From: an uncultured virus (IMG/VR IMGVR_UViG_3300030095_004072) | Lineage: Duplodnaviria > Heunggongvirae > Uroviricota > Caudoviricetes > Crassvirales | Virus record (IMG/VR): IMGVR_UViG_3300030095_004072 | Strand: one strand, 5' to 3' | DNA: 64,000 bases | Shown here: piece after piece, positions 40,510 through 49,977 of the stretch | Layout: each line of letters starts with the position of its first letter | How positions within the stretch are numbered: position 1 is the first letter of the stretch | Position numbers and translations under genes: made by a program | Notes under the pieces: model-generated | Told to the model about the DNA's origin: nothing | The model's database searches: none | What the model saw: only the letters and a program-made list of their open reading frames with translations

Positions 40510-41751
40510 TTACAAATCTAATGAATCTCTTTTAAAGTGTGATAGCGTATAATCTTTCTTTTTTACTACAGCTTTGTAGATATCATTTTCAATTCCTTTA
40601 TTACTAAAAATCCAATAAATTTTATTGTACTTTCTATCTTTTGTAGTCATACGATCACGACTTTGAAAGTAGGAAGTAGCACTAAAATCAATATTATAGT
40701 ACACCAAAGCTTCTGCCTCTTTTAAGCTGACGCCTTCTCTTCCTGCAACAATCTGTAATGCTATGCATTTATCAGTAGTTTTAAATTCTTCTAAGTCATT
40801 AGTTAATCCATCACCATATATTTCTTTTAGTGTCTTGTACTCTTGTGTGAATTTATAGAAGATGGCTATTTTTTTATCTTTAAAATATTTTTTTATAAAA
40901 TTTGATTTACTATAATCAACGGTTATGGCATTTCCACTTTCAAATTTTACAGTACCAGAACACAGTTGATGAACTTTTGACATTAACTTAACACCTGTGT
41001 CTCCTAATAATATTTCACCATCTCCTTCAACTACTCTGTCTCTTTTTAATCTTTTAATTAATTTTTTAGTTTGTTCTTCTAACTCTACATATAGTATTTT
41101 TTCTTCTGTCTGTGTTTTAAATCCTGCAGAGCGTTGTGTATAATTGATTTTAAAGGGGTTTACAGCCTCTATAATGGACTTTAATCCTTTTGAATAGTCA
41201 TTAATCATCATGCTGTTAATCTTTCTCTGAGTGACGTTTACATAGGTTTTAGCAAAAGCATAAAAGTTTTTATATTTATAAAAGGGATTGCCAGGAACTC
41301 CATATACTTGATGATACATTTGACTAAATGACTCTGGTGTTGGTGTTCCCGATAAAAATAAAACATTAGGCGTTGATCTTCGTAATATTTCCTTTACTTG
41401 TTTAGCTCTTTTGTTTGGACGTGGAAAAGCTCCTAAAGAATGTGCCTCATCACAAATAACAACATCCCAATTTGTCTGTGGTATTTTATGTAAAGATTCA
41501 TAATTAATTACTTCTAAATAATATGGAGGTTTTAATAAATAAAAATCATGCTCAATACTTGATATAGCTTTTTTCTTTGTAATAAATAAAACATTTTTAG
41601 CATTTAGTTCAGAACAAATTCCTAATGCAGTAAGTGTTTTACCTGTTCTAACTTCCATAGCTAAGTAAACAAAATTACTATAGCCATACATAAATATATT
41701 AGTAGCTTTTTTTATTATCTCTGATTGATAATCTCTAAATTTTAATTCCAT
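40510..41751 (-). CDS. SF2 (SNF2-like) helicase
   Basis: RDYQ, EVRTGKT, DEAH, LSGTP, QSRDR motifs. Confidence 0.85.
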   Translation of the reverse strand: MELKFRDYQSEIIKKATNIFMYGYSNFVYLAMEVRTGKTLTALGICSELNAKNVLFITKKKAISSIEHDFYLLKPPYYLEVINYESLHKIPQTNWDVVICDEAHSLGAFPRPNKRAKQVKEILRRSTPNVLFLSGTPTPESFSQMYHQVYGVPGNPFYKYKNFYAFAKTYVNVTQRKINSMMINDYSKGLKSIIEAVNPFKINYTQRSAGFKTQTEEKILYVELEEQTKKLIKRLKRDRVVEGDGEILLGDTGVKLMSKVHQLCSGTVKFESGNAITVDYSKSNFIKKYFKDKKIAIFYKFTQEYKTLKEIYGDGLTNDLEEFKTTDKCIALQIVAGREGVSLKEAEALVYYNIDFSATSYFQSRDRMTTKDRKYNKIYWIFSNKGIENDIYKAVVKKKDYTLSHFKRDSLDL

Positions 41752-42365
41752 TGTTTTATTATTGCTTTAGCCATACCTTCAAATGTTTTACTTCTTAATT
41801 TTCTACGTTCTTCTGGAGTTTTAGATTTTGCAAGAGCATCTGCATACCACTTAGGATGAGACTTTCCACTTTTGTAGTACACTTTCTCTCCTTTGCCTAC
41901 CATATTTGTAGCAGTAAGTAGTGGTAAGTTTTTTAACCAAAAACAAGTAGATTTAGATGCTTCATCTCCAAACCAATACGGATGTACTATTTGATCAGGC
42001 TTTCTAATTTTAGAACTTATAACGCTTATTGGGTTTTCTACAGCAATTTTATCAATAGGTGCATTCATTAATTTTTTTACAAAATCTAAAGCTTTGTTTT
42101 GATTGCTTAATCTTTCTTGATTAACACTTCCGTCTTTGTTGTACATCCATCTTGCACCACTTACAGCTAAATAAGTACATGGTGGATGAGCTATCATCAT
42201 ATCAAAATTACCACTGTATGCATAAGTTAACGCATCGCCTTTTAAATGCCACTGTGGATTCCCTCCACTGCAATCTAATATGTCACACGAATATGCTTCA
42301 TAACCTTTTTCTCTGTATAAGTTTGTTATTGTTTGCGACTCTTCACAAGCTATTAATATTTTCAT
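41742..42365 (-). CDS. DNA cytosine methyltransferase-like protein
   Basis: AHPPCTYL catalytic-Cys motif and VENP; atypical motif I (ACEES). Confidence 0.7.
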   Translation of the reverse strand: MKILIACEESQTITNLYREKGYEAYSCDILDCSGGNPQWHLKGDALTYAYSGNFDMMIAHPPCTYLAVSGARWMYNKDGSVNQERLSNQNKALDFVKKLMNAPIDKIAVENPISVISSKIRKPDQIVHPYWFGDEASKSTCFWLKNLPLLTATNMVGKGEKVYYKSGKSHPKWYADALAKSKTPEERRKLRSKTFEGMAKAIIKQWN

Positions 42366-42583
42366 CTATCTAAATTTGTTGTTATATCTAAATCGTCTAA
42401 TTCAAAATCTGGTTTTTCTTCGTCCTCTGTATCCTCATAAATACCCTCAAGTATTTCTTCCAAATCATAACCATCCTCATCTTGCAGTATGTCTTTATAC
42501 ATCCCATCAACATACCATTCATGAACTATGCTTAAAACTTCTTTTGTAGTTAATTTATACTTTTTAATTAAATTTTCTTCCAT
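42362..42583 (-). CDS. Small acidic hypothetical protein
   Basis: 73 aa, Asp/Glu-rich C-terminal half. Confidence 0.6.
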   Translation of the reverse strand: MEENLIKKYKLTTKEVLSIVHEWYVDGMYKDILQDEDGYDLEEILEGIYEDTEDEEKPDFELDDLDITTNLDR

Positions 42584-42585
42584 TT

Positions 42586-44970
42586 TTATTCTTCTGTAGT
42601 TTTAAATTCTATATATCTACCGTTCATATTTCTACCTTCAATATATTCTAACCCATATTTAAAAACAGAATAGGATCTAATCCAACTCCAAAACTTGATT
42701 CTTGATATAGTAAATTTAGATTTAGGAGCAAAATCAGGATGTTCACTAATAAAGTCTTCATACAAGTCTTGTTTAAATATTCTTGTGTTAGCTTTTAACA
42801 TTTCATTTGGAGGACTACCTCCTATTAACCCACACCACTCAATAAACTCATGGCAAGTCTCGGCTGATAATTTTCTAATTTTTAGATTTACAAACTGACT
42901 TTTGAGTAATCCTTTGCCTAAATAAATTTGTAAGTTTTGTATCATATAATTATCAAATTGACACCATTCGTTATCATCCCATTCTCCAAACATAAGCTTA
43001 CCAAACTCTACTAAAGGTGTAAATTCTTTAGTGTAATGCTGTGCAAGCTCTAACTCCCATTTGCGTCTCTCAAATGAAGATCCTTTACCTTTTATAGCAT
43101 AGTTAGTTGTCAATGCTACTTTTGGTGATTTAGCAAAAGGTATTTTTATTGCATCTTTATTTTTCTTTTCTAATGTTAATCCTTCTGTAATTACAGAAAA
43201 CAATCTTTCAAAATCAAATGATTTTTTTACATCATCAAAGCAAAGTATTTGAGTGTCAGCAGAAACTAATTGATAAGCAAATGACCTTTCAAAAGCAAAT
43301 GATTTACCATCTATTGTTACATTTTTTTTCATATGAGATAAACCATTCATAAACAAACCTTTACCTGTACCTCCTTCTGGGTTGTCAGAAATTACCTCGT
43401 CATTTAAAATAACAGCAGGACAATAAGATAAGTTTTTCCAACCATGCAATAAATAACCAATAGTAGACTCCATAGAATCTATACGACTTTGATCTTCTCC
43501 ACAAATATTAGATATAAAAGTTTTATAATCACACTTACCCACCTTACACATAGTGAAATTTCTATCAATTACATGGTCTCTCCAAACATAACCTCCTAAA
43601 TCAATGTAGTCAATTAAAGTTATATCATTTATTGTAATTTTAACAGCACAATTCATGTAGTATAAATATGCTGTTGTCTTTGTGTCTTCAATAAAAAACA
43701 CATTTATAGATGAAAGTAAGGTTAAAAATTCTTCTCTAAAATATTTAGTTTTTTCAGCAAAATAATTATAAACAGATAAATCATCTACAGTAAGTAAATA
43801 ATTTAAAACAAAATCTTTAATTTCTTTTTCAGATGTGTGATCAATTAAATTATTAGTAACTCTAACAAATACATAATTCTTACTTCCTTCAGGATTAAAT
43901 TTGTAAAAGCCATTATCCTCTAAAAAGTTTTTAAATAATATATGAGTAATTTTTACAATTCCTTTGTCACTCTTTGTCCAAAACTGATGAATTGCTTGCT
44001 CTTCCTCCAGACGAACCATTACATTTTCAATATCTACGACATCAATATTTTCGTCTTCTAACTGACATCGTATTTCTTTTTTTGGTACTCCTCTTCTTAA
44101 TTGTTGTTTAACTAAGTTTACCCTATCTTCATCTTCATAATATTTTGTTCCAAAATTTTGTGTGTTAGCATACGCAGACTGTATAGTTCTTTTTATTTCG
44201 TTTAGATTAAAATCTTTAGTATCAAAATTACCCATAACATACTCAGCTAAATTTTGAGGAACTCCAAAATCATTAAAAGCAGCAGCAAGAATATATACGT
44301 TATTGTTTCTTTCACCATTTTTCAATCCATACTTCTTTTCCCACCATTTAACTAAAATGTCTACAATTTTATTTTCATCAGTAATAGGAATAGTTGGTTT
44401 ATCAATTTGTTTATTTACCTCAACAAACTCAGTTTCTTCTATTTTATCCCAAAGACTTGACGTTTGGTTTACATAAATTAAAGGATCATAACTTTCGTAA
44501 CATACACGCGAAACATTTTGTGAGGTAGAATCAAAATAAGGTGAGTCTAAATATTTTTGTAATGATTTAAAATATCTTTTATGGTTTTCTACTATCGGAG
44601 GAATTTTTACTAATGCCTTAAGCCCTTTTCCACTTGGTGATACAAATACACTAAAAACAAATTTGTTTTTACTTAACTTTTCTTTTTCTTGTAGTAGTTC
44701 TTTATTAGTTTTATATCCATCAAAATCTAAACAGATAAGCCCACTATGCTCTACTAATGACTTGTCATTTCTTTTTATAAATTTACCACTAAAACATATA
44801 GCTGGTAATAATTTTTTTATTTCGTTTCTTTTGTCTTTATCTTTTTCTTCTCTGATTTTTTTTACTATGTCAGCAGAATTACCTTTTTCAATTCTTTCTA
44901 ATGTTATTTCTACTTCTCTATAAAAAGGTTGATCAGTGTTTTTTATGTCTTTAAAAATTGTTATTTCCAT
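42586..44970 (-). CDS. Primase-helicase (VirE-N/BT4734-like N-terminus, PriCT-like, SF3 helicase)
   Basis: KKLLPAICFSG, CLDFD, SPSGKGLK; GERNNN; PEGGTGKG Walker A; CFDD; TTN. Confidence 0.85.
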   Translation of the reverse strand: MEITIFKDIKNTDQPFYREVEITLERIEKGNSADIVKKIREEKDKDKRNEIKKLLPAICFSGKFIKRNDKSLVEHSGLICLDFDGYKTNKELLQEKEKLSKNKFVFSVFVSPSGKGLKALVKIPPIVENHKRYFKSLQKYLDSPYFDSTSQNVSRVCYESYDPLIYVNQTSSLWDKIEETEFVEVNKQIDKPTIPITDENKIVDILVKWWEKKYGLKNGERNNNVYILAAAFNDFGVPQNLAEYVMGNFDTKDFNLNEIKRTIQSAYANTQNFGTKYYEDEDRVNLVKQQLRRGVPKKEIRCQLEDENIDVVDIENVMVRLEEEQAIHQFWTKSDKGIVKITHILFKNFLEDNGFYKFNPEGSKNYVFVRVTNNLIDHTSEKEIKDFVLNYLLTVDDLSVYNYFAEKTKYFREEFLTLLSSINVFFIEDTKTTAYLYYMNCAVKITINDITLIDYIDLGGYVWRDHVIDRNFTMCKVGKCDYKTFISNICGEDQSRIDSMESTIGYLLHGWKNLSYCPAVILNDEVISDNPEGGTGKGLFMNGLSHMKKNVTIDGKSFAFERSFAYQLVSADTQILCFDDVKKSFDFERLFSVITEGLTLEKKNKDAIKIPFAKSPKVALTTNYAIKGKGSSFERRKWELELAQHYTKEFTPLVEFGKLMFGEWDDNEWCQFDNYMIQNLQIYLGKGLLKSQFVNLKIRKLSAETCHEFIEWCGLIGGSPPNEMLKANTRIFKQDLYEDFISEHPDFAPKSKFTISRIKFWSWIRSYSVFKYGLEYIEGRNMNGRYIEFKTTEE

Positions 44971-45045
44971 ACTTATTCCAAGCTAATTTTTAGCTAACTT
45001 ATTGATTATTATTATATTATATTATTATTTATTATATTCCATAGT
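44963..45045. promoter_or_regulatory. Iteron/IHF-box/AT-rich element, copy 1 (origin-like)
   Basis: TTCCA twice at 11-bp period, TAACTTATTGATT matching YAANNNNTTGATW, AT tract, TATTCCATA. Confidence 0.5.
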
Positions 45046-45052
45046 ATATAGT

Positions 45053-45085
45053 AAAAAAAGAGGGAAAGAAATATCTTCCCCTCCC
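45053..45085 (-). terminator. Intrinsic terminator after SSB gene
   Basis: Minus strand GAGGGGAAGA-TATT-TCTTTCCCTC then T7. Confidence 0.7.
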
Positions 45086-45103
45086 TTTCACTACACACAA
45101 TTA

Positions 45104-45358
45104 TTAGAAAGGCAAGTCATCGCTGGAATCTACCACTTCTTTTTTAGCTTCAGGCTTCCATGTATCAACAGCAACATAATGTGTTTTACCAAACTGATCT
45201 GTTTCTTTTTTCTTTTGAACATTTAGATTGATATACTTTTTACCGTTTTTACCTGTTTGAATATGCTCAGAAGGTAAGTCAGATAAGCAAACACTAACTG
45301 ATACAAGATTACCGTCAAACTTTTCAGTACCACCTCCTACATAAATTTTATTATCCAT
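45104..45358 (-). CDS. Probable single-stranded DNA-binding protein
   Basis: Small beta-rich protein with acidic DDLPF tail, next to ERF and exonuclease. Confidence 0.65.
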   Translation of the reverse strand: MDNKIYVGGGTEKFDGNLVSVSVCLSDLPSEHIQTGKNGKKYINLNVQKKKETDQFGKTHYVAVDTWKPEAKKEVVDSSDDLPF

Positions 45359-45359
45359 T

Positions 45360-45572
45360 TTAATGTATTTTAATTTGATGCTCCAAAATTTCTAAAACGT
45401 CAGACATAAGTTTTTGCTTATCCTGTTCGCTTTTCATAGTAGTTGGAACTTCTACTATAAATATTTCTCGTTTCCAAGAGAGCTTTGAAAGATAATGTTT
45501 TATTACCTTATAAACAACCTTAATAACAAAAAAGATTTTTCTATGCCATATTATGTTTCTATAATGTTTCAT
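45360..45572 (-). CDS. Hypothetical protein
   Basis: ORF filling the gap between exonuclease and SSB genes. Confidence 0.5.
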   Translation of the reverse strand: MKHYRNIIWHRKIFFVIKVVYKVIKHYLSKLSWKREIFIVEVPTTMKSEQDKQKLMSDVLEILEHQIKIH

Positions 45573-46314
45573 AATGAACGTATTGATTAATATCAGCTAA
45601 CATATGAGGTCCTTCTTCATTATAAAATGTATTATATACCTCAATAGCTTTCATTACCTTTTCTTCTCCGTAATTTAAAAAATCTGATGATGGCTCATAT
45701 ATTCCTAAATCATGAGTCAACTTATCAATAACGTAAAAAACTAATGGCTTTCCAAAAAGCTGTTGATATATATACGCCTGGCTATCATAATTGTATTTAC
45801 GTGCAGAAAATTTAAACTTAGAAATATCAGATGTAGTTTTTATATCAATTAACTGATCCTTACACACTATATCAGCCTTACCCTTCCATTTTACACCTCC
45901 AATTTCTTTAACCATAGGAACTTCATAAAAATTACTTTTATCATAAATAGCGTTTCTCATTTTATGATTATTTTTCATAACATCTACTATAATATTTAAA
46001 TACTGAACTTCTTTGGCTAATAAATAAATTTCTTTATCATTAGCTGCAACATAATCTTTATAAGCTTTTGTATTTCTACTTGCTAAAGTTAAACACACAA
46101 AATCATCTAACTTATGTGGCTCTAACATAGCCGTGTGAAAATACCTTCCCTCAATCATAGCCTTAGTTTCTTGTTGAGGTTTTCTAAAATTTTTAGGATT
46201 TTTTAAAAGTGTACCAATGTCTGAATTAGATAGCCATTGTTTCCCGTAAGTCCCATAATACTTAGAATCGTCTTTAAGGTTGTTTACAACCTCAATTAAA
46301 TTAATAAGCTCCAT
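45559..46314 (-). CDS. PD-(D/E)xK exonuclease (RecE/ExoVIII, DUF3799-like)
   Basis: LSNSDI, GRYFHTAMLEP, KGKADIV, DIKTT, YDSQAYIY. Confidence 0.8.
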   Translation of the reverse strand: MELINLIEVVNNLKDDSKYYGTYGKQWLSNSDIGTLLKNPKNFRKPQQETKAMIEGRYFHTAMLEPHKLDDFVCLTLASRNTKAYKDYVAANDKEIYLLAKEVQYLNIIVDVMKNNHKMRNAIYDKSNFYEVPMVKEIGGVKWKGKADIVCKDQLIDIKTTSDISKFKFSARKYNYDSQAYIYQQLFGKPLVFYVIDKLTHDLGIYEPSSDFLNYGEEKVMKAIEVYNTFYNEEGPHMLADINQYVHYETL

Positions 46315-46892
46315 TATATATGCTTAGAAAGCTCTTTCTTAATTTTAGCAGAAACATCAAACTTTTGTTGTATGTGTTCTACTATAACAGGTAGTCCTAA
46401 TGCTTTAATTTGTGGATCAGCAATATATTTTAATACATTTTTCCAGTCTTCACCTCCCACTTCTAATTTAACCTTAGTAACACTTTTTTCAACTTTCTTT
46501 TTAACTTGTGGTACAACTGTATTGTAAATGTTTGCATCTGTATCTGCATCACTTATTATTCCTAACATTGATGACAACATATATCTTCTGTAATATGTTA
46601 TTCCACTACCTTTAGACTGATATACATTCATACCTTTCATTGAACACTCTGGAATGACTGCATGAGAAGATAGTTTTTCTCCACTTGGATGATGAAACAA
46701 AACTGTAGTTAAACCATCATCTTGTAACAGTTGAGTAAATCCTAACTTATGTTTTTTTAACAGTGGGTTAATCTGTGTTATTATATGTTCAAGTTTTATA
46801 TACTTGTATCCATAACCATCTGTGCCTTTTAAAAGCACAGGAACTTCTTGTTGAAAATCAGCAAGAGCTTTGTAAATGTTTTTCTTTTCCAT
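46314..46892 (-). CDS. erf: ERF-family ssDNA annealing protein
   Basis: YKYIKLE..I.P.L.K..L, Q..GS.ITY.RRY.LSSMLGI..D.DTDA. Confidence 0.85.
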   Translation of the reverse strand: MEKKNIYKALADFQQEVPVLLKGTDGYGYKYIKLEHIITQINPLLKKHKLGFTQLLQDDGLTTVLFHHPSGEKLSSHAVIPECSMKGMNVYQSKGSGITYYRRYMLSSMLGIISDADTDANIYNTVVPQVKKKVEKSVTKVKLEVGGEDWKNVLKYIADPQIKALGLPVIVEHIQQKFDVSAKIKKELSKHI

Positions 46893-46897
46893 TTTAT

Positions 46898-47307
46898 TTA
46901 ATTTAATTTAATTAGTTTATTTGTGTGATAAGTATATTTTTTCATTATTAAATCTCTCTTAGTTTTTAGATTTTTAATAAACTTATCGTTTTTACGTGTG
47001 TTTACTTCTGTCTTCATCTTATATTGTATAAGATCAACCTTACGTTTACAATTGCTTAAGGCTAACAATCTACAACCTTTTTCCCAACCGTGAGCATAAA
47101 ATATTTGATATTCTTCGTCTGTTAATTCTTGATAATAATCTCCGTTTTTTGAACAATTTAAAATTTCTAATTTACTTGGAAACTTATTGATCTTAACGCC
47201 TAAATTAATCATGCTAATTCCANNNNNNNNNNAATTCCACCGTTTTTATGATAGTATATTGTATCATCTTTTAGAGCTTGATTAAATATATCCTTCTTAC
47301 TGTACAT
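46898..47307 (-). CDS. Hypothetical protein; real start probably 47307 across the N gap
   Basis: Collapsing the AATTCCA duplicated on both sides of the Ns joins MYSKKDIF...NGGIS in frame to MINLGV... Confidence 0.6.
47223..47232. other. Assembly gap (10 N)
   Basis: N run flanked by a 7-bp duplication. Confidence 0.95.
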
Positions 47308-47596
47308 TCTCTGTTGTTTTTTTAACAAAAGCTTGATAATCTTTATCTTCCTCAACAGCTTTTTTTGCTTTTTTATATCCTTTCATTATGGTATTGTGCT
47401 GAACAGGAAGCCCATTTTCTTCCATAAACCTTCTAATACTACCAATTTTTATAGGACGCTCATAAGCTAAATAATAAAGCATTTGTCTTGCTTCTGGACG
47501 TGGATGAACACGTGACTTAGAAAACATATCTTGCAATGATATGTAAAATTTGTCGGCAACTAAAGTTGCGTAAGTATTAAATATCTCTTTTTTCAT
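47297..47596 (-). CDS. DnaA domain IV-like HTH protein
   Basis: VA..F.IS..DMFSKSR....EARQMLYYL......I.......HNTIM pattern. Confidence 0.65.
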   Translation of the reverse strand: MKKEIFNTYATLVADKFYISLQDMFSKSRVHPRPEARQMLYYLAYERPIKIGSIRRFMEENGLPVQHNTIMKGYKKAKKAVEEDKDYQAFVKKTTENVQ

Positions 47597-47597
47597 T

Positions 47598-47837
47598 TTA
47601 TTTTGTTTCTTTTTTTAAATTTTTTATTTCATACTGAAGATGGTGTATTGCCTTTTCTAAATCCTCTATATGTTTCTGTACAATACTCATCCCCTCTTCT
47701 TTCTTCTTTCCTGCTCTTAAAAGATAGGTAACGGCATTGCCTACATTGTACGAGCAAGAAAATCCATACACTACTTGCTCGGCTTCATAACCATTCTTGC
47801 CTATATAATAATTAGGCTTTTGTCTTATTTCTTTCAT
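47598..47837 (-). CDS. DUF3310-like protein
   Basis: P.YY...GNAVTYLLRAGKK...EDLEKAIHHL. Confidence 0.7.
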   Translation of the reverse strand: MKEIRQKPNYYIGKNGYEAEQVVYGFSCSYNVGNAVTYLLRAGKKKEEGMSIVQKHIEDLEKAIHHLQYEIKNLKKETK

Positions 47838-48090
47838 ATCTATTTATATATTCTTCGGTTAATGTTTTATTTAATTTATATTTACTCATATCGTTATTTA
47901 TAATTACTCTTTCAAATGCAAGTTGAGGTAATCTACAGGCAGAAACAAATCTATTCTTTATTTCTATATTACCACTGTATTTAAAAAAATCATTAAGATC
48001 AATATGATTTAATCTATTTTTTTTGTTGTGAATTTTTTGTTTTTGAGCAGACTTTAGCTGCTCCACTAAATATTTAGATAGTGATTTCAT
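47812..48090 (-). CDS. Hypothetical protein
   Basis: ORF with AAATTAAATTAAATG leader. Confidence 0.6.
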   Translation of the reverse strand: MKSLSKYLVEQLKSAQKQKIHNKKNRLNHIDLNDFFKYSGNIEIKNRFVSACRLPQLAFERVIINNDMSKYKLNKTLTEEYINRYERNKTKA

Positions 48091-48107
48091 TTAATTTAAT
48101 TTAATTT

Positions 48108-48247
48108 TTATAAGGGAGTAGTTAAGAGTATTAACGTATTGTCGGCTTATGCCTTTATAACCACCCCCTTATAATATAAAGACTAAAACATTTAATATTA
48201 AGGTATCTTACACCTATAAAATTATTGGGATTATTCCCAGTCTTTAT
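48108..48247 (-). ncRNA. Two adjacent candidate structured RNA elements
   Basis: Closing stems of about 17 bp (G-U pairs only on minus strand) and 9 bp; each has an inner hairpin with an AUAA loop. Confidence 0.35.
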
Positions 48248-48374
48248 TCTTGTAGTTGTTTAAAATAATTTGCTTAAGTATGTCTTGATTAAGTTTTTGT
48301 AGCCATTGTATATACCTTATATTTGGCTTTTCTTTTAACTTTTCTTTTAAGATCAACTCGTGAACTTCTTTCAT
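48231..48374 (-). CDS. Small hypothetical protein (47 aa, MKEVHELILKEK...)
   Basis: Read manually; coupled to upstream ORF (TAATG). Confidence 0.5.
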   Translation of the reverse strand: MKEVHELILKEKLKEKPNIRYIQWLQKLNQDILKQIILNNYKNKDWE

Positions 48375-48550
48375 TATATACAAAAGTTTAAAGGACTATT
48401 TTTAAGTTGTTCTCTTTGTTTTTTAGCTTTTCTATTTATATTTTTAAGAGCTGTCTTTTGATATTCTTCTTTAATATATTCGTTCCATTTATTAAAGTTT
48501 AATACTCTGTATTTGTAGTTACCTAATTTTTCTTGATATTCTTTATCCAT
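48374..48550 (-). CDS. Small hypothetical protein (58 aa, MDKEYQEKLG...)
   Basis: Read manually; A-rich leader. Confidence 0.5.
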   Translation of the reverse strand: MDKEYQEKLGNYKYRVLNFNKWNEYIKEEYQKTALKNINRKAKKQREQLKNSPLNFCI

Positions 48551-48575
48551 TATTTAATATTTATATTAATAAAAA

Positions 48576-48639
48576 ACGAGGAAGAAACACGCCATACAGT
48601 TTCTAATTACGTTGTTGATTTCGCCTAACATCAACTCGT
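48576..48639 (-). ncRNA. Candidate three-way-junction RNA element
   Basis: ACGAG/CTCGT closing stem enclosing TTGAT/ATCAA and AGAAAC/GTTTCT hairpins. Confidence 0.3.
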
Positions 48640-48677
48640 GTTTAACAAATCAAATTCGGTTTAAAAATACATAATAA

Positions 48678-49367
48678 TTACTTACCAACCAAATCAAAAT
48701 GTAAAAAGTTTTCTTTTGCCTCAAATGAATAGCTATCACCCCTTACCATTCCAGTTTCATAATTAAATTTATTATAGTCAATTACCTCGTTTGGTATTCT
48801 AAACTCATTTTGTTTTGGTGATAAATGAAGCTCTTTAGGAAAACTATATATGTCACTCGTAAGTCCCTCAGAGTCAAAATACATCTTAATTATATTGTTT
48901 GCATTATCTTGAATTTTATCATAAATTTCACGATTTACAAACTGAGGATCTAAAGTGTCTATATCTGTAATTACTCCATATATATTCTCATCGTATGGAA
49001 TTACTTGAAGAACTTGTGAATTATGCCCATCTGTTATCTTTAAAAAATTATCTGTCATATAATAAAAATGCGTAAAAGGAATATTTTTTAATCTACGTAC
49101 AATATTATTTTTATCGTATTTTAATTCTTGGATAAAACTTTTATGAGCGTGTGCTTCTACCTTTAAAAACTTAAGAGCTTTAGGATAGGTTTTCCAAAAA
49201 TATAAATCTTCACCTTTTTCCCATTCTCTTAGTTTTGAATGTATAAGAGCTTGTTCACTATGCGTATAACCCACACCAACAATTGTTGTAGGTTTTCTTA
49301 ACTTTTCTCTAACTCCATGTGAGCTGCTTTGTGAGTCACATGATACTATTGCTATAAATTTATCCAT
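48678..49367 (-). CDS. Hypothetical protein
   Basis: 229-aa ORF. Confidence 0.7.
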   Translation of the reverse strand: MDKFIAIVSCDSQSSSHGVREKLRKPTTIVGVGYTHSEQALIHSKLREWEKGEDLYFWKTYPKALKFLKVEAHAHKSFIQELKYDKNNIVRRLKNIPFTHFYYMTDNFLKITDGHNSQVLQVIPYDENIYGVITDIDTLDPQFVNREIYDKIQDNANNIIKMYFDSEGLTSDIYSFPKELHLSPKQNEFRIPNEVIDYNKFNYETGMVRGDSYSFEAKENFLHFDLVGK

Positions 49368-49372
49368 GATTT

Positions 49373-49789
49373 TTACTTTCTTACAAAGTTAAGGATATAA
49401 TTTTTATCTATATAATCTTCTATAACCCCGTAAATATTATGATATGATTTAAGACTTTCTTCAGGCATATTACCTGTACAGGTTTTAGCATCACCATGTA
49501 TATCCTCTGTTATTTGTGTAGCTAAATCATCGCAAAACTCCAGAATATCTTCTTTAGTCGTAGTCCCATCTATTTCACGAACTTCAATATCATCCTCATA
49601 TTTTAATCCATGTATAGAACTAACCATGTATTTATTAGGACTTACGTGATCACATAATTTTTCAATCTGTTCTACATCATCTTCGGCTTCCCATCCTTCA
49701 CCAAAGAGCTCATCAGCTTGTTTTTGTAATTCATTTTTATACACAAAATCATTTGTGGACATATATCTGTCAATAGTTATTTTACTCAT
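49373..49789 (-). CDS. Acidic hypothetical protein
   Basis: 138-aa ORF. Confidence 0.65.
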   Translation of the reverse strand: MSKITIDRYMSTNDFVYKNELQKQADELFGEGWEAEDDVEQIEKLCDHVSPNKYMVSSIHGLKYEDDIEVREIDGTTTKEDILEFCDDLATQITEDIHGDAKTCTGNMPEESLKSYHNIYGVIEDYIDKNYILNFVRK

Positions 49790-49968
49790 TTGTTTAATTG
49801 TTTTAATTTATTATTTAATTCATTACTCTTTTGCATTGTCTCCACTGTTTTAACTGGAAAATCTCTCAATTCTTCTTTTATTTTTACTGCTAAACCGTAT
49901 GGTGTTAGATGTCCATCTTCCCACATTTCTATCAGCATTAATATTTGATTTTTAGATTTATTGTTCAT
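49786..49968 (-). CDS. Hypothetical protein
   Basis: 60-aa ORF with ATGA overlap. Confidence 0.55.
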   Translation of the reverse strand: MNNKSKNQILMLIEMWEDGHLTPYGLAVKIKEELRDFPVKTVETMQKSNELNNKLKQLNK

Positions 49969-49977
49969 ATTATTTAT

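Noticed and set aside
48576..48639. Hammerhead ribozyme (UUGAUG...GAAA on minus strand)
   Set aside because: Lacks the CUGANGA core and a proper stem II.
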